A DNA stretch of 64,000 nt from the NCBI GenBank assembly GCA_946613885.1, contig CAMOGA010000002.1, positions 27,129 to 91,128 on the forward strand. The letters are read 5' to 3'. Every line of letters starts with the position of its first letter. The first letter of the stretch is position 1. The notes below the pieces were generated by a model. The model saw only the letters and a list, made by a program, of their open reading frames with translations. It ran no database searches and was not told the DNA's origin. Below, one piece after another: positions 41,634 through 52,900 of the stretch. Made by a program: the position numbers and the translations under genes. The DNA comes from an uncultured Pseudomonadota bacterium. Its GTDB lineage: Bacteria; Pseudomonadota; Alphaproteobacteria; Rs-D84.

Positions 41634-43031
41634 TTAAAATCTGAAATAAATAAATGGATTGTAAGTGGATGCGGCAATTGCTGATACTGATACCACAAAC
41701 AATGTCATTATCCATGTGTTGATTGCAATATGTTTATATTTGTTTGTTATTGGCAAAGTGATATTTTTAAATATTGGCATTGCGCATAACACCGCAACAG
41801 CAAAAGTTAATATTTCAATATTATCGATATAGTATCCCAGTGTATATGTTATGTTGTGGTTTTTGACCAATCCCAGCATGTTTTTGAAATATTGCCACGC
41901 ATATGTGATATTGTCAGCGCGGAACAACACCCAACCGAAAACGAACACTAACATTGTATATAAGTGTTGAGATACGGACAATCCAATACCACCTTCCTTT
42001 TTATGCCAACCTGTCCATTTTTCCATAATGATAAAGAACCCATGCCACAATCCCCAAATAATAAATGTCCATTCTGCGCCATGCCAAATACCAGTTGCCA
42101 AAAACACCAAAAACAGATTTAAATACATACGTGATTTAGCAACACGATTTCCACCCAGTGGTATATATAAATATTCTTTGAACCACGTGGACAGTGATAT
42201 ATGCCATCTGCGCCAAAATTCCGTAATAGATTTAGAAATATACGGGTAATTAAAGTTTTCCAAGAATTTAAAACCGAATATAGATCCCAAACCAATTGCC
42301 ATATCTGAATATCCTGAAAAATCATAGAATATCTGGAAAGTATATGCCAATGCACCAACCCACGCAGTTAATGTTGAAAATTCATTAACGGGCAGGGCGA
42401 ATATTTTATCAGCAACCGCGCCCATAGTGTTCGCAATCAGCATCTTTTTTGCCAAACCAATAATGAATCTTTTGATACCATAGACAACTTTATCAAATGT
42501 TTCTTCACGTTTATCAATTTGATCTTTGACATCATGATATTTAACAATTGGTCCAGCAATCAGTTGTGGAAACAAACAGATATATAATGCCAGTTTATCA
42601 ATATGTTTTTGAACGGCAACATCACCACGATAAACATCAACAACATACGACAATGCCTGGAATGTATAGAAAGAAATACCAATAGGCATAATAACATCCA
42701 AGAACGGAATATCGGCACCAAATGCAGTATTTATATTTGTCATCACAAAATTAAAGTATTTGAAATAGAACAAAAATCCCAAATCAGACACAATAGTCCC
42801 AATTAAAATCCATTTTTTGTGTTGTTTATATTTATCAATTAATAATGCACCAAAATAATTAACCACAATAGTAGTCAACATAATTGCCAAATATTTTGGT
42901 TCACCCCATGCATAGAATAAAATACTGGCCGCCAATAAAACATAGTTTCGATACTCATGACGCGTCAACCAGTATAAACCGCATACAATCGGTAAAAACA
43001 ATCCAATAAAAGTCATAGATGAAAATAACAT
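41634..43031 (-). CDS. AlgI/PatA-type MBOAT O-acyltransferase
   Basis: PIGISFYTFQ, FPQLIAGPI, DFSGYSDMAIG, FWRRWHISLS, GIWHGA, FIYFRF. Confidence 0.96.
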   Translation of the reverse strand: MLFSSMTFIGLFLPIVCGLYWLTRHEYRNYVLLAASILFYAWGEPKYLAIMLTTIVVNYFGALLIDKYKQHKKWILIGTIVSDLGFLFYFKYFNFVMTNINTAFGADIPFLDVIMPIGISFYTFQALSYVVDVYRGDVAVQKHIDKLALYICLFPQLIAGPIVKYHDVKDQIDKREETFDKVVYGIKRFIIGLAKKMLIANTMGAVADKIFALPVNEFSTLTAWVGALAYTFQIFYDFSGYSDMAIGLGSIFGFKFLENFNYPYISKSITEFWRRWHISLSTWFKEYLYIPLGGNRVAKSRMYLNLFLVFLATGIWHGAEWTFIIWGLWHGFFIIMEKWTGWHKKEGGIGLSVSQHLYTMLVFVFGWVLFRADNITYAWQYFKNMLGLVKNHNITYTLGYYIDNIEILTFAVAVLCAMPIFKNITLPITNKYKHIAINTWIMTLFVVSVSAIAASTYNPFIYFRF

Positions 43032-43034
43032 TGT

Positions 43035-44681
43035 TTACTCCTTTGGAAAACTTTTATTATATAATTTCGGGATGAAACGTTCTACTTGTTCCAATATGAT
43101 AATATCAGAATTATTTTTTATATACTGTAAATCATCTTTGGTTATATCATAACGCCATTCATATTTAACAGTATTAAATGTATTATTAAAATATCTTACC
43201 GGGGCTTCAAAAAAAGAATCGCGTAATATAAAAACATTTAATTTTTTATTTTTATTATAACATATAAAACCATTTCTTTGGTTTTTATCATCGGTTTTAT
43301 ATTTGCATTTGGCATTATCTTTTATTATTGGGTGAATATATTCAGTCAAATCTTTTTTACCAGAATTACCCAACATCTTTGTTAAATCACCATATTCATG
43401 TGAATTTTTGTCCGTTTCCGTATAAACAACAGGTATAATTTGTTTATGTTTTTTCTTTATCTGGTTTATAATTTCTTGATATCCAATATACGCACCAAAA
43501 TCATTCCAATGTGTATCATTTTTGTAATAAAGTAAACCATTGTCTTTATTTTGCATAATAACATCATACAGGTATATTACCGTGACATTTGTGTTTGTGT
43601 GTAAATATTTTACTAATTGATTGGTTCTGCTGTCTGTGTCGGGACGAAACTTTTTCAATACAGTTATATTTTCACCATATATTTTATTTTTATCTGGGGC
43701 AATAACATAATAAAAACTTTTACCATTTTTTATTGCCCAATTATTTATATCAGAAAGGTATTCGGCAAAATGTTTTAATTGTTCATCGGAAAATAAATTT
43801 TTGTTTTGGAAATTTTCCAAAGATTTATCGCCTTTGTAAAACAACCAATCGTCTTTGCCTTGCAAAACTTTATCGTTATCAACAGACATTGATTTTTTGA
43901 TATGTGAATAAAGGCGTATAAAATGTTTTCTGCCAAAAAACCTGTCATTAAACCAATCATTAAATTGTATGCCGTATTTATTGTTTATATCGTCATCAAC
44001 AAATAAATCAGGACTTTTGGCCAACATTCTATTTTCTTGTTCTGATTTTTCAGCATTTGAAATATGCAACATTGGGATACAAATTAATATTCCAAACAAC
44101 AAAACAAATATCGCATCTGTTTTATTGTTTTTGTTTGATACAAACGAAACCAATACCCATGACAAAGCCAACCAAAAACATAGCAACATTATCAATATAG
44201 GATAATTTATTAAAACAGTAGTATTTGTTTCGTTTACATCTGTTTTGTACACCAAATATGGATCGTTTTTATCAGATTTTATAATCATTTTATTGTTTTC
44301 AACAATTAACGATTCAACATCTTTGCTTTTGCTAAACTTATTCAAATCTAATGATTTGCTGTTTATTTTTAAATCAGATATTTCAACTATTCCTGGTTTG
44401 ACACCGATATCTAACCTAAACAATTTTATTTCATTTTCAAAAACTTTGATTTTTACATTTTTATTATTTGTTTTATATTTTACAGATTGTTTTTCTGTGA
44501 CTTTATATGTTCCATCATTTACATAAAAAACCTGATATTCTATTGGTTGGCTTGCCTTTTGGTTGAACGATACAGATATATAATTTGTTGTAAACCATGG
44601 TTTTGACAGTAATAATAAAAACAATGTCAAAATTATTATAAAAAATTTTTTATATTTTATAAAAAACATATCTTTCACCAT
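43035..44681 (-). CDS. AlgJ/AlgX-like SGNH O-acetyltransferase with N-terminal extension
   Basis: ENRMLA, FNDRFFGR, GKDDWLFY, PDK..IY, DTHWN, RDSF. Confidence 0.85.
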   Translation of the reverse strand: MVKDMFFIKYKKFFIIILTLFLLLLSKPWFTTNYISVSFNQKASQPIEYQVFYVNDGTYKVTEKQSVKYKTNNKNVKIKVFENEIKLFRLDIGVKPGIVEISDLKINSKSLDLNKFSKSKDVESLIVENNKMIIKSDKNDPYLVYKTDVNETNTTVLINYPILIMLLCFWLALSWVLVSFVSNKNNKTDAIFVLLFGILICIPMLHISNAEKSEQENRMLAKSPDLFVDDDINNKYGIQFNDWFNDRFFGRKHFIRLYSHIKKSMSVDNDKVLQGKDDWLFYKGDKSLENFQNKNLFSDEQLKHFAEYLSDINNWAIKNGKSFYYVIAPDKNKIYGENITVLKKFRPDTDSRTNQLVKYLHTNTNVTVIYLYDVIMQNKDNGLLYYKNDTHWNDFGAYIGYQEIINQIKKKHKQIIPVVYTETDKNSHEYGDLTKMLGNSGKKDLTEYIHPIIKDNAKCKYKTDDKNQRNGFICYNKNKKLNVFILRDSFFEAPVRYFNNTFNTVKYEWRYDITKDDLQYIKNNSDIIILEQVERFIPKLYNKSFPKE

Positions 44682-44689
44682 ATTATACG

Positions 44690-46357
44690 TTATTTTCCCC
44701 ACATGTTTTTTAAATGATTTAAAAAACTAGAATCAATAACAAACAGCAATACCCGTGGTTTAATTTTCAAAATATCTTTTTCCCATCGTGACATGTTTAA
44801 ATCTTTACCATCGTAATTGTTTGCACGATATTTATAAACATGTTTAAAATCATGTGCAAAAAATTGCACAATATTTTCTGTCATAGAATTTCCGATTATA
44901 ATAATATCGCCATAATTACCATCAGGATTTGTGTATTTAGCAAACAGTTCTTTTGGAGAATTATTTCGCATAATTTTTGTCCCGTTTGGTAAATCAAAAT
45001 ATTTATATTCGTATGATAAAGGGCACGTCCAAGACATATTCATTTGTTGGCACAGGCTGCCGTAGGTATATTCACGTTGATATTCTGCACGAACCATTTT
45101 GTTACGACTGATTCTGTAAAAAGATTCATCTGTTGACAATGTTATTTTGGCGTCTTGTTTTAATCTGTCTGCAACTGCTTTATATCCAATCCATGCGCCA
45201 TAATCGGTCCAATGGTGGTCTGTTTTGAAAAACACAGGTTCGGCTTTGTTTGCCGATAATAATTGTGAAGTTATATCTAAGAACACAGAATTTTTATTGT
45301 CTTTCAGATTATCTGATAATACAGATGAGTATGTAAAATATGGTTGCGGTAATGTATCTGCATCAGGCAGAAATAATTCTCTTTCTGGTACCGATAAAAA
45401 ATAGCATTTTATTTTATTATCACGACAGAAATTTGATAAATTTATCAAAGCATGTTTATCTTTTTGTATTTCTTCTATGTCTGGAATATTTCTCTTTGGG
45501 TTTTCTCTATCAAAATTTTTGATAAAATCTTTATTAATCAAGCAATTGTTTTTCATACAATATTTATTGCTTAAAAAGGCATATTTTGTGGTTGTATCAA
45601 TGTTCATTGCAAGATTGCGTCCAAAAAACCTGTCATTAAACCAATCATTAAATTGTGTGCCGTATTTATTGTTTATATCGTCATCAACAAATAAATCAGG
45701 ACTTTTGGCCAACATTCTATTTTCTTGTTCTGATTTTTCAGCATTTGAAATATGCAACATTGGGATACAAATTAATATTCCAAACAACAAAACAAATATC
45801 GCATCTGTTTTATTGTTTTTGTTTGATACAAACGAAACCAATACCCATGACAAAGCCAACCAAAAACACAGTAATATTATAAATATCGGATAATTTATCG
45901 ATAAACTACCATTGGCATTAATAATATCTTTATAAACAATATACGGGTCATGTTTATTTGATGTTATTATCATTTTGCCGTTTTTAACAACAAAAGATTC
46001 CACGTCTGCGCTTTTATTGAAATTATTTAAATCCAATGATTTACCATTTATTTTCAAATCAGAAATTTCAACCACACCCGGCTCAATACCAGTATCTAAT
46101 CTGAAATTTTTTATTTTTTTGTTGGGAATCCGGATATAAACATTTGTTTGATTATTTTTTGTTGTAAGTTTCTTTTGTGCATGTTCGGAAAATTTTTCGT
46201 GGTTATCATCTGTCCAAAAAACCTGATATTCTATTGGTTGTGTTGTATTTTGATTAAATGAAACAGATACACAATTAGAGATAAATAATGATTTGGATAA
46301 AAATAATCCAAATAATGTTATAATCAGCACAAAATATTTTTTCATATTTTTTATCAT
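44690..46357 (-). CDS. AlgJ/AlgX-like SGNH O-acetyltransferase paralog
   Basis: Same architecture; KTDHHWT, GNSM. Confidence 0.82.
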   Translation of the reverse strand: MIKNMKKYFVLIITLFGLFLSKSLFISNCVSVSFNQNTTQPIEYQVFWTDDNHEKFSEHAQKKLTTKNNQTNVYIRIPNKKIKNFRLDTGIEPGVVEISDLKINGKSLDLNNFNKSADVESFVVKNGKMIITSNKHDPYIVYKDIINANGSLSINYPIFIILLCFWLALSWVLVSFVSNKNNKTDAIFVLLFGILICIPMLHISNAEKSEQENRMLAKSPDLFVDDDINNKYGTQFNDWFNDRFFGRNLAMNIDTTTKYAFLSNKYCMKNNCLINKDFIKNFDRENPKRNIPDIEEIQKDKHALINLSNFCRDNKIKCYFLSVPERELFLPDADTLPQPYFTYSSVLSDNLKDNKNSVFLDITSQLLSANKAEPVFFKTDHHWTDYGAWIGYKAVADRLKQDAKITLSTDESFYRISRNKMVRAEYQREYTYGSLCQQMNMSWTCPLSYEYKYFDLPNGTKIMRNNSPKELFAKYTNPDGNYGDIIIIGNSMTENIVQFFAHDFKHVYKYRANNYDGKDLNMSRWEKDILKIKPRVLLFVIDSSFLNHLKNMWGK

Positions 46358-46396
46358 TTATAGGAATAACTATAATGTATAATAAAATAAAAACAA

Positions 46397-46492
46397 TTGA
46401 TTTTTTATCGTTTTTATGATATAATTTAACCACATCAGCGGGTTGTTTTTGCGCCCGTTTTTTATTACCCACAATTTTTTGTGGGCTTTTTT
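46397..46492 (+). promoter_or_regulatory. Sigma70 promoter followed by two terminator hairpins
   Basis: TTGATT-17-TATAAT; GCGGG..CCCGT-TTTTT and CCCACAA..TTGTGGG-CTTTTTT ahead of the SD at about 46503. Confidence 0.55.
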
Positions 46493-46513
46493 GTTATAAC
46501 AAAAGGAGTTATC

Positions 46514-47356
46514 ATGCAAAAAGTATCATATATGGGTGATGGTACAACAACAGAATTTACTTTTAATTTCCCATATTTTGAAAATTCAAATATTATTGTG
46601 ACCAAAAATGGTGAAATCACCACAGGATATACTATTATTGGAACGTCTGCCGCGCCTGATGCAGATATTCCGTATACAGGGGGCAAAGTCGTTTTTGAAA
46701 CTGCGCCGACAAATTTAGACAGTATAACAATTGCACGCCATTTACCATTGATTAGAAACGTAGATTATCAACCAACTGAAAACATAGATCCAACCATATT
46801 AAATCAAGACCTGAATTATTTAATGGAGGTTATCAAAGACCGTAAAGACGAATTAAACGATTTAATTGAAAAATACGCAGAAATTACAAACAAAGAATTA
46901 CTTGAAACTGTTCTGGCACGCATAGATGCGATTCATGGCGAAATTGTTAATATAGATGAAAAAATAACGGAATTGGGCGATATTTCGCAAATTAACAATG
47001 ATATAACATCTTTAAAAAATGCTGAAAATTTTACCACAACAGGCAAAAATACAATAACACACCAATCTATGCCCGGCGACAGTTCTGTTGAATTAACATT
47101 GGGGGCAGATGGTTCAGCATATACAATGCCTGCAGATGGGTATTTATATTTGGCAAAAACTTCATCGGCATCTGGTCAGCGTGTTAAATTTACAAATATT
47201 TCATCAGTAAATATGGCTGTTTCAACATGGAGTTCTGGCGTGCAAAATCTTGAAATTATAATGCCGGTGTCCAAAGATAATGTTGTGTATGTATATTACA
47301 ACGCAGGCGGATTAACAAATCAGTTTAGGTTTATTTATGCAAATGGAACAAAATAA
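46514..47356 (+). CDS. Phage tail-fibre-like protein (T7 gp17-type N-terminal anchor)
   Basis: YMGDGTTTEFTFNFPY, V.F..AP....ITI.R, LN.DL; coiled coil; C-terminal YTMPADGY..PVSK domain. Confidence 0.75.
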   Translation: MQKVSYMGDGTTTEFTFNFPYFENSNIIVTKNGEITTGYTIIGTSAAPDADIPYTGGKVVFETAPTNLDSITIARHLPLIRNVDYQPTENIDPTILNQDLNYLMEVIKDRKDELNDLIEKYAEITNKELLETVLARIDAIHGEIVNIDEKITELGDISQINNDITSLKNAENFTTTGKNTITHQSMPGDSSVELTLGADGSAYTMPADGYLYLAKTSSASGQRVKFTNISSVNMAVSTWSSGVQNLEIIMPVSKDNVVYVYYNAGGLTNQFRFIYANGTK

Positions 47357-47367
47357 AAGGATATAAT

Positions 47368-47553
47368 ATGTTTTTAGGAATACAGAACGATTTAATTGCT
47401 ATGATTGCAGAAACTCGTGAAGAATTGGAAAATATGCCATGTATGGAATTTACAGAAATTATTGAAACAAACGAACCGGTAGAAATGATAAACTGTAAAT
47501 ATTATGTTGGTGTTCAAAATATTCAAGATGCAAAAATGGGGTTAACAGAATAA
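47368..47553 (+). CDS. Small acidic tail-fibre-associated protein, possibly truncated
   Basis: SD AAGGA, 61 aa, directly follows the fibre gene. Confidence 0.5.
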   Translation: MFLGIQNDLIAMIAETREELENMPCMEFTEIIETNEPVEMINCKYYVGVQNIQDAKMGLTE

Positions 47554-47562
47554 AGCGAACAA

Positions 47563-47588
47563 TCCCCAGGTATTTATATGCCTGGGGA
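47563..47588. terminator. Terminator between convergent genes
   Basis: TCCCCAGGTAT/ATGCCTGGGGA stem. Confidence 0.65.
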
Positions 47589-47594
47589 AAACAA

Positions 47595-49019
47595 TTATTT
47601 TGATTCTTTAAATTGTTTTTTATCCAAATCATAAATTTTTGATGGCAATTTAATTAAATCTCCAAATTTTTTATTTATATTTTCATCGTTCCATTTTGAA
47701 ACACCTGATGCAGAACTGAACGTCATTTCACCGAAATATAATTTTCCATCATTCATTCTGTAAAAATCTACACGAACATGACTAAACCCTGTTGATAATT
47801 TTTCAGCCAATTTTATCATGTCATCTAAATTATCTGGTTTTTCGATATTTTTGACATCCAATGGATAATCATACACAAAATTTTGTTTGTTCCATTTTTT
47901 ATCATAAAAAGCCATTTTTAAACCATCTAAATTTCTTTCAGATAAAAATTGAATATAATAAACTTTGCCATCAAAACACCAAAATTTATAATCGTATAAA
48001 TCATTTGTTCCCTGATTTTCAATATATTTTTCAATGATAATTTTGGGTTCTATGTCACGATAGTGTAATTCATAACCATAACGATATGCAAAATTTTCAC
48101 GCATCCATTTGTTAATTTTATTTTTTACATCATCGATGTTAATTTGCGATTTATCTTTGACGATAATATTATATCCCGAACCGTGATTGCATTTTATCAC
48201 AAATTGGTTTGGTAATTTATCGAAATCAATATCTTCAAATTTATTATAAACACCAATAATTGGCACCAAATATTCTTTACCAATTTTTTCTGCGACCCAA
48301 TCACGAACCAAATACTTGTCTGCCAGACGTGTTTTTTCGGGTGTGGAATCATACAGTTTTAACCATTGAATTTTTTCATTATAAGTTGTTGGGTTGTCCA
48401 GATTTAACAAACAACCTGTTTTTGAACGGTACCAAATTTCAAGTGCTTTCTTAAAATCTGTGACTGACAATAATCGTTCTTGAATCACTGTGAAATTATT
48501 ATTCGCTTCTGTACGAACCATGGAAAGATTTTTTTGAACAGATTTCACCAAATTAATTTGATTATCAGAATTTTTAATCAATTCGTTTTGTGTATGGTTT
48601 TGGTTTTCCAAAATATCCCTAATTTTAATCAATTCGTTTTGTGTATGGTTTTGGTTTTCCAAAATATCCTTAATTTTAATCAATTCATTTTGTGTACGGC
48701 TTTGGTTTTCTAAAATATCCTTAATTTTAATCAATTCATTTTGTATACGGCTTTGGTTTTCTAAGATATCCTTAATTTTAATCAATTCATTTTGTATATG
48801 GTTTTGGTTTTCTAAGATATCTTTACGTGTTTGCGTTAATGTATTGGTTAAATCTTTTTGTGTTTGTTGTAATTGATTGTTTGTTTGTGATAGCTTGGCA
48901 CAAAGTTTTTTATATTTATTTGTGTGTTGAATTTTTATTCCACAAAACTTAACAACCTTTTTTATACCATCTGATTTGTAAGAAAAAAATCGTGAAAGTT
49001 TGAACGTTTTATCTGACAT
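47595..49019 (-). CDS. TupA-like ATP-grasp ligase with tandem-repeat coiled coil
   Basis: LNLDNPTTYNEKIQWLKL, ADKY.VR, VIKCNHGSG, DYKF.CF, VRVDFY, FGEMTF. Confidence 0.9.
   Translation of the reverse strand: MSDKTFKLSRFFSYKSDGIKKVVKFCGIKIQHTNKYKKLCAKLSQTNNQLQQTQKDLTNTLTQTRKDILENQNHIQNELIKIKDILENQSRIQNELIKIKDILENQSRTQNELIKIKDILENQNHTQNELIKIRDILENQNHTQNELIKNSDNQINLVKSVQKNLSMVRTEANNNFTVIQERLLSVTDFKKALEIWYRSKTGCLLNLDNPTTYNEKIQWLKLYDSTPEKTRLADKYLVRDWVAEKIGKEYLVPIIGVYNKFEDIDFDKLPNQFVIKCNHGSGYNIIVKDKSQINIDDVKNKINKWMRENFAYRYGYELHYRDIEPKIIIEKYIENQGTNDLYDYKFWCFDGKVYYIQFLSERNLDGLKMAFYDKKWNKQNFVYDYPLDVKNIEKPDNLDDMIKLAEKLSTGFSHVRVDFYRMNDGKLYFGEMTFSSASGVSKWNDENINKKFGDLIKLPSKIYDLDKKQFKESK
48572..48823. repeat. 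51-bp tandem repeat, about 5 copies
   Basis: Encodes five KDILENQxxxQNELIKI units. Confidence 0.92.
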
Positions 49020-49030
49020 TTTTTAATTCC

Positions 49031-49981
49031 TTATATTGATTTTTTCCATTGAACAAATTTGCGAATACCTTCTTTAAATGATGTTTTTGGTGTATAGCCC
49101 AATAATTTTTGTGCCTTGGACCAATCGCATACTGTTTTATCAACATCGCCCGGTTGCATAGGCATTTGATTGATTGTTGCTTTTTTGCCAGAAACATCTT
49201 CTATTGTGGCAATCATATCTTTTAATGTGATTGGTTCGCCACCACCCAGATTAATTATTTCATAGCCAGTTTTATCATAATTTATTGCCCCACATATTCC
49301 AGCCACAATATCGTCAATATATGTATAATCACGTTTTGTTGAACCGTCACCATACATATCTATTGGTTTATCTGACATTATCAATCTGGTAAATTTGTTT
49401 ATTGCCAAATCAGGACGTTGACGCGGGCCGTATACAGTGAAAAACCGCAAAGCAACAACATTTATTCCATATAAATGATGCCATGTATATAATAATTGTT
49501 CACACGCAGATTTTGTTGCTGCATATGGGGAAATTGGTTCTGTGACCTTTAAATCTTCGCTAAAAATATTTTCTTTACAGTTTCCATATACAGATGAAGA
49601 AGATGCAAAAACAATCTTTTTAATATTTTTTTCACGCATACATTCCAATATATTAACTGTCCCCATAATATTGGTTTTTACATAGTCCACAGGTCTTTCC
49701 AAAGATGGACGAACCCCAGCACGTGCAGCCAAATGAACAACAACGTCTATATCATTTTCATTAAAAACCTTTTTTAAATCGTCTATGTTTTCAATGTCAA
49801 AACGATAAAGTTTATAATTAGGGTTGTTCAGGTTATGTTTGATATTACGTTCTTTGACAGAAATATCATAATAATCATTAAAATTATCAACAACAATAAC
49901 ACGATGATTGTCTGATAATAATTTATCTGCTAATGAAGAACCTATGAATCCGGCACCGCCTGTTATTAAAAAAGTTTTCAT
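49031..49981 (-). CDS. NAD-dependent nucleotide-sugar epimerase (UDP-glucuronate 4-epimerase-like)
   Basis: TGGAGFIG, HLAARAGVR, YAATK, FFTVYGPRQRPD. Confidence 0.92.
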   Translation of the reverse strand: MKTFLITGGAGFIGSSLADKLLSDNHRVIVVDNFNDYYDISVKERNIKHNLNNPNYKLYRFDIENIDDLKKVFNENDIDVVVHLAARAGVRPSLERPVDYVKTNIMGTVNILECMREKNIKKIVFASSSSVYGNCKENIFSEDLKVTEPISPYAATKSACEQLLYTWHHLYGINVVALRFFTVYGPRQRPDLAINKFTRLIMSDKPIDMYGDGSTKRDYTYIDDIVAGICGAINYDKTGYEIINLGGGEPITLKDMIATIEDVSGKKATINQMPMQPGDVDKTVCDWSKAQKLLGYTPKTSFKEGIRKFVQWKKSI

Positions 49982-49992
49982 TTCAATATCCT

Positions 49993-52900
49993 TTATTTAT
50001 ACCAATTTTTAAAAAGTGGTGTATATGTATTATGTTGTATATCGCTGGCATATTGTATTTTTTGCATGTAATATTTATCATTATCCGTTGGGTAAGAATT
50101 TAACAATGAAACCCAAACAGAAACCATCTCGATATCATAATCTATTGTGGTGTCAGGAAAATATTTTTTCATATCCTGATTAAATGCCACACATCCATCA
50201 GAAATACATGGATAAATTTTCACACGGAATATTTCTGATTCGTTATCGGTTTTTTTGTACACAGGTTTTCCATTTTGTAAATCACGAATTGGATATTCTG
50301 GGGCGGTGAACAACAATTCTATAAAATCGTATGGTTTTAATAAAGAAAGGGATGTCCCATCTTTGTCAAAAACAAATTCTTTGGATTTTTGATTAGTGTT
50401 CAATCGCCAATAAAATCCAACAATATCTTTGTTTGGATATATAGATTCAAATAATTTTTGGGATGTATATCCAATGGTCGCAGAATCCACAACCGCGAAC
50501 TTTTTAGATTTGTAATTAAATTGTCCCAGATATTTCAGATATTCTTTCTTTTTTATTTCAGAATATTTTTTGATATTTGTTTTATTTTGTTTAATAAACA
50601 GCAAATCGTTTTCATAAGATTCTGTTAAATCTGACGATTTTTTTGCATTTTGTAAATTTGCCCTGTAATAATCAGCAATAGATTTTACCTGGTCATGATT
50701 TTTTTCGTTATAGTGTAAAGAAATAATATGGCTTAATAATCTGGGGGCATAAACATAATGTGCGTTTAAACCAGATTTATTTATCAAATCAAATACACGC
50801 ACAAAAGAATAACCGTCGCGTGCAACCATGGCAATATCTTTGATATTGTTTTTTACACAATTAGAATAAACATAATTCATAAATTGATATGCAATTGGGC
50901 CACCATATACATATCCCAGATTATAATAATAATCTGTTTCGGTGATATTGTTTGTTTTTATTGTGTGTAATGCCAAAATGCTTAAAAATATAGACGTTTC
51001 TAAATTATCTTTTTTGTAATCATATAACATTTTGGTTCGAATATCTGTATTGAACAAATTATCGATAATTTTCGGTATAACCAAACTGTTCAAATGTTTT
51101 TTATCTGCCTGGTCACCGTCTTTTGTTTGGTTGTCGCCTATGTGAATAATGTCCTGGGGATTACATTTCATATGTTTTATAATATAATCATATAGTGTCC
51201 CATCACGTTTGCTGGCACCACATTCATTAGATATAAAAACTTCGTGGAATTTATTATATTTGTTTTTGTGCAGCATTTTTACCAGTAATGATTTTGGCAA
51301 ATACATATCTGATACGGCAATAATGGTTTTCCCAGAATCAACCGCATAATCATACAGTTCTTTAATAATCGGGTGTTGTATAGAACGCGTGTATTCAAAA
51401 TCCATTTCCTTATCACGCATAGATAAAAATTTTTTTGGCATAAACTTATAAATCATATCTAAAGTGACATCACCATCAAACGGCATCGCAAAAGCAGTTT
51501 TTTCGGCATTTATTCTGGCATTTGCAAAATCCGGCTTGTTAAAGATTTTTTCCATGTGTACAAATAAATCTGTTGGTTTAACATACGGACGACATAACAG
51601 AGTATCAAATATATCAAACGAGACAATTTTACATGCATCTATTTTTTTCTTGTATTCTTGTATTTTCTTTGCAGAAAACGCATTTTCTTTTGTTATATCA
51701 TTATCAAAAGATATAGCGCGACCTTCGCGTTTGCCATACAGTTCGTAATGCAACAATGGACAAACTTTCCCATTTTTTACATCTTTGTTAAGTAATAAAT
51801 ACATAAAAGAATCAAATTTTGGCGATGGGTTGCGACCTTCCTTCCATCCGTATTTCAAATAGTGTTCTGCCGGATTTACATTTGCTGTTTTTACATCAGG
51901 ATTTTGATTTAAATACCATTTTTTATCAAAATATTTAGAATGTTTGATAACTTTTAACGGGTTCGCCCGTTTGTTATCGCGTCTTTTATCCAATCTGGCT
52001 TTTAATTTTTTATACAGTGTCCCAACAGTATGAACACCAACAGTTTTATATCCACAATCATGAACCAAAATACCAAACATCGTTTCGCAAGAATGTGCCA
52101 GTGACCCACCATCACCAGTTTGGTTTGCAGAAACAAATTCAATTGCTTCAAATTTTGTTTTCTGAAAAGGTTTTAATAATTGTGCACGAATCATGAACAT
52201 TGTTCCAGAGATAAAATCTGCCGTGCAATATTCTATCCCCATTTTTTTACATAATTTTTCCGTGTTAGGAATTTGCGGCTTATATTCAATTTTTCTTAAT
52301 AAATTTGCACAACCAACCATACCAACCTTAGGTTGTTGAAATTTACGTAATGCACGATTAAACAAGAATTTATTGCCTATCAAAGGATTTATTAAATCAT
52401 TTCGCCAATCTGGACCACGGTATAATATATCTTTGAATTTCCATGGTTGGGTATCTCTGTCTGCTTTTGTGTGTATTTTTAATACACAATCATAATCATC
52501 CAGATTTACATTTTGTAATACCTGATAAAACGGATAAACATCATAGCCCATATTGCCTACTTGCGTTATATGCGCGTCATTTTTAAATTGTTTTATTTTT
52601 TGAACAATATTTTCGTTTTTATCAACAACTGTCACATATAAATCGTAATTTACTGTTATATTTTTTAATTTTTTTAAAAACCAATCCAATTGATTTTGAT
52701 AATATAAATGTAAATGAACCAATAATTTAATATCTTTTTTATTTTTTGGAAAATCATCATTAATATTGTTTGCTGTTGATTTTTCTATCACAGATTGAAC
52801 ATGTTTAAAATATGCATCTTCGGTAAAATATTGTTTATACAATTTGTATGATAAATTACCCATTTTTGCCAAATCATATTTTTTTTCTATGATATTGCTG

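Noticed and set aside
46514-47553. Intact prophage
   Set aside because: No integrase, terminase, capsid or att sites nearby.
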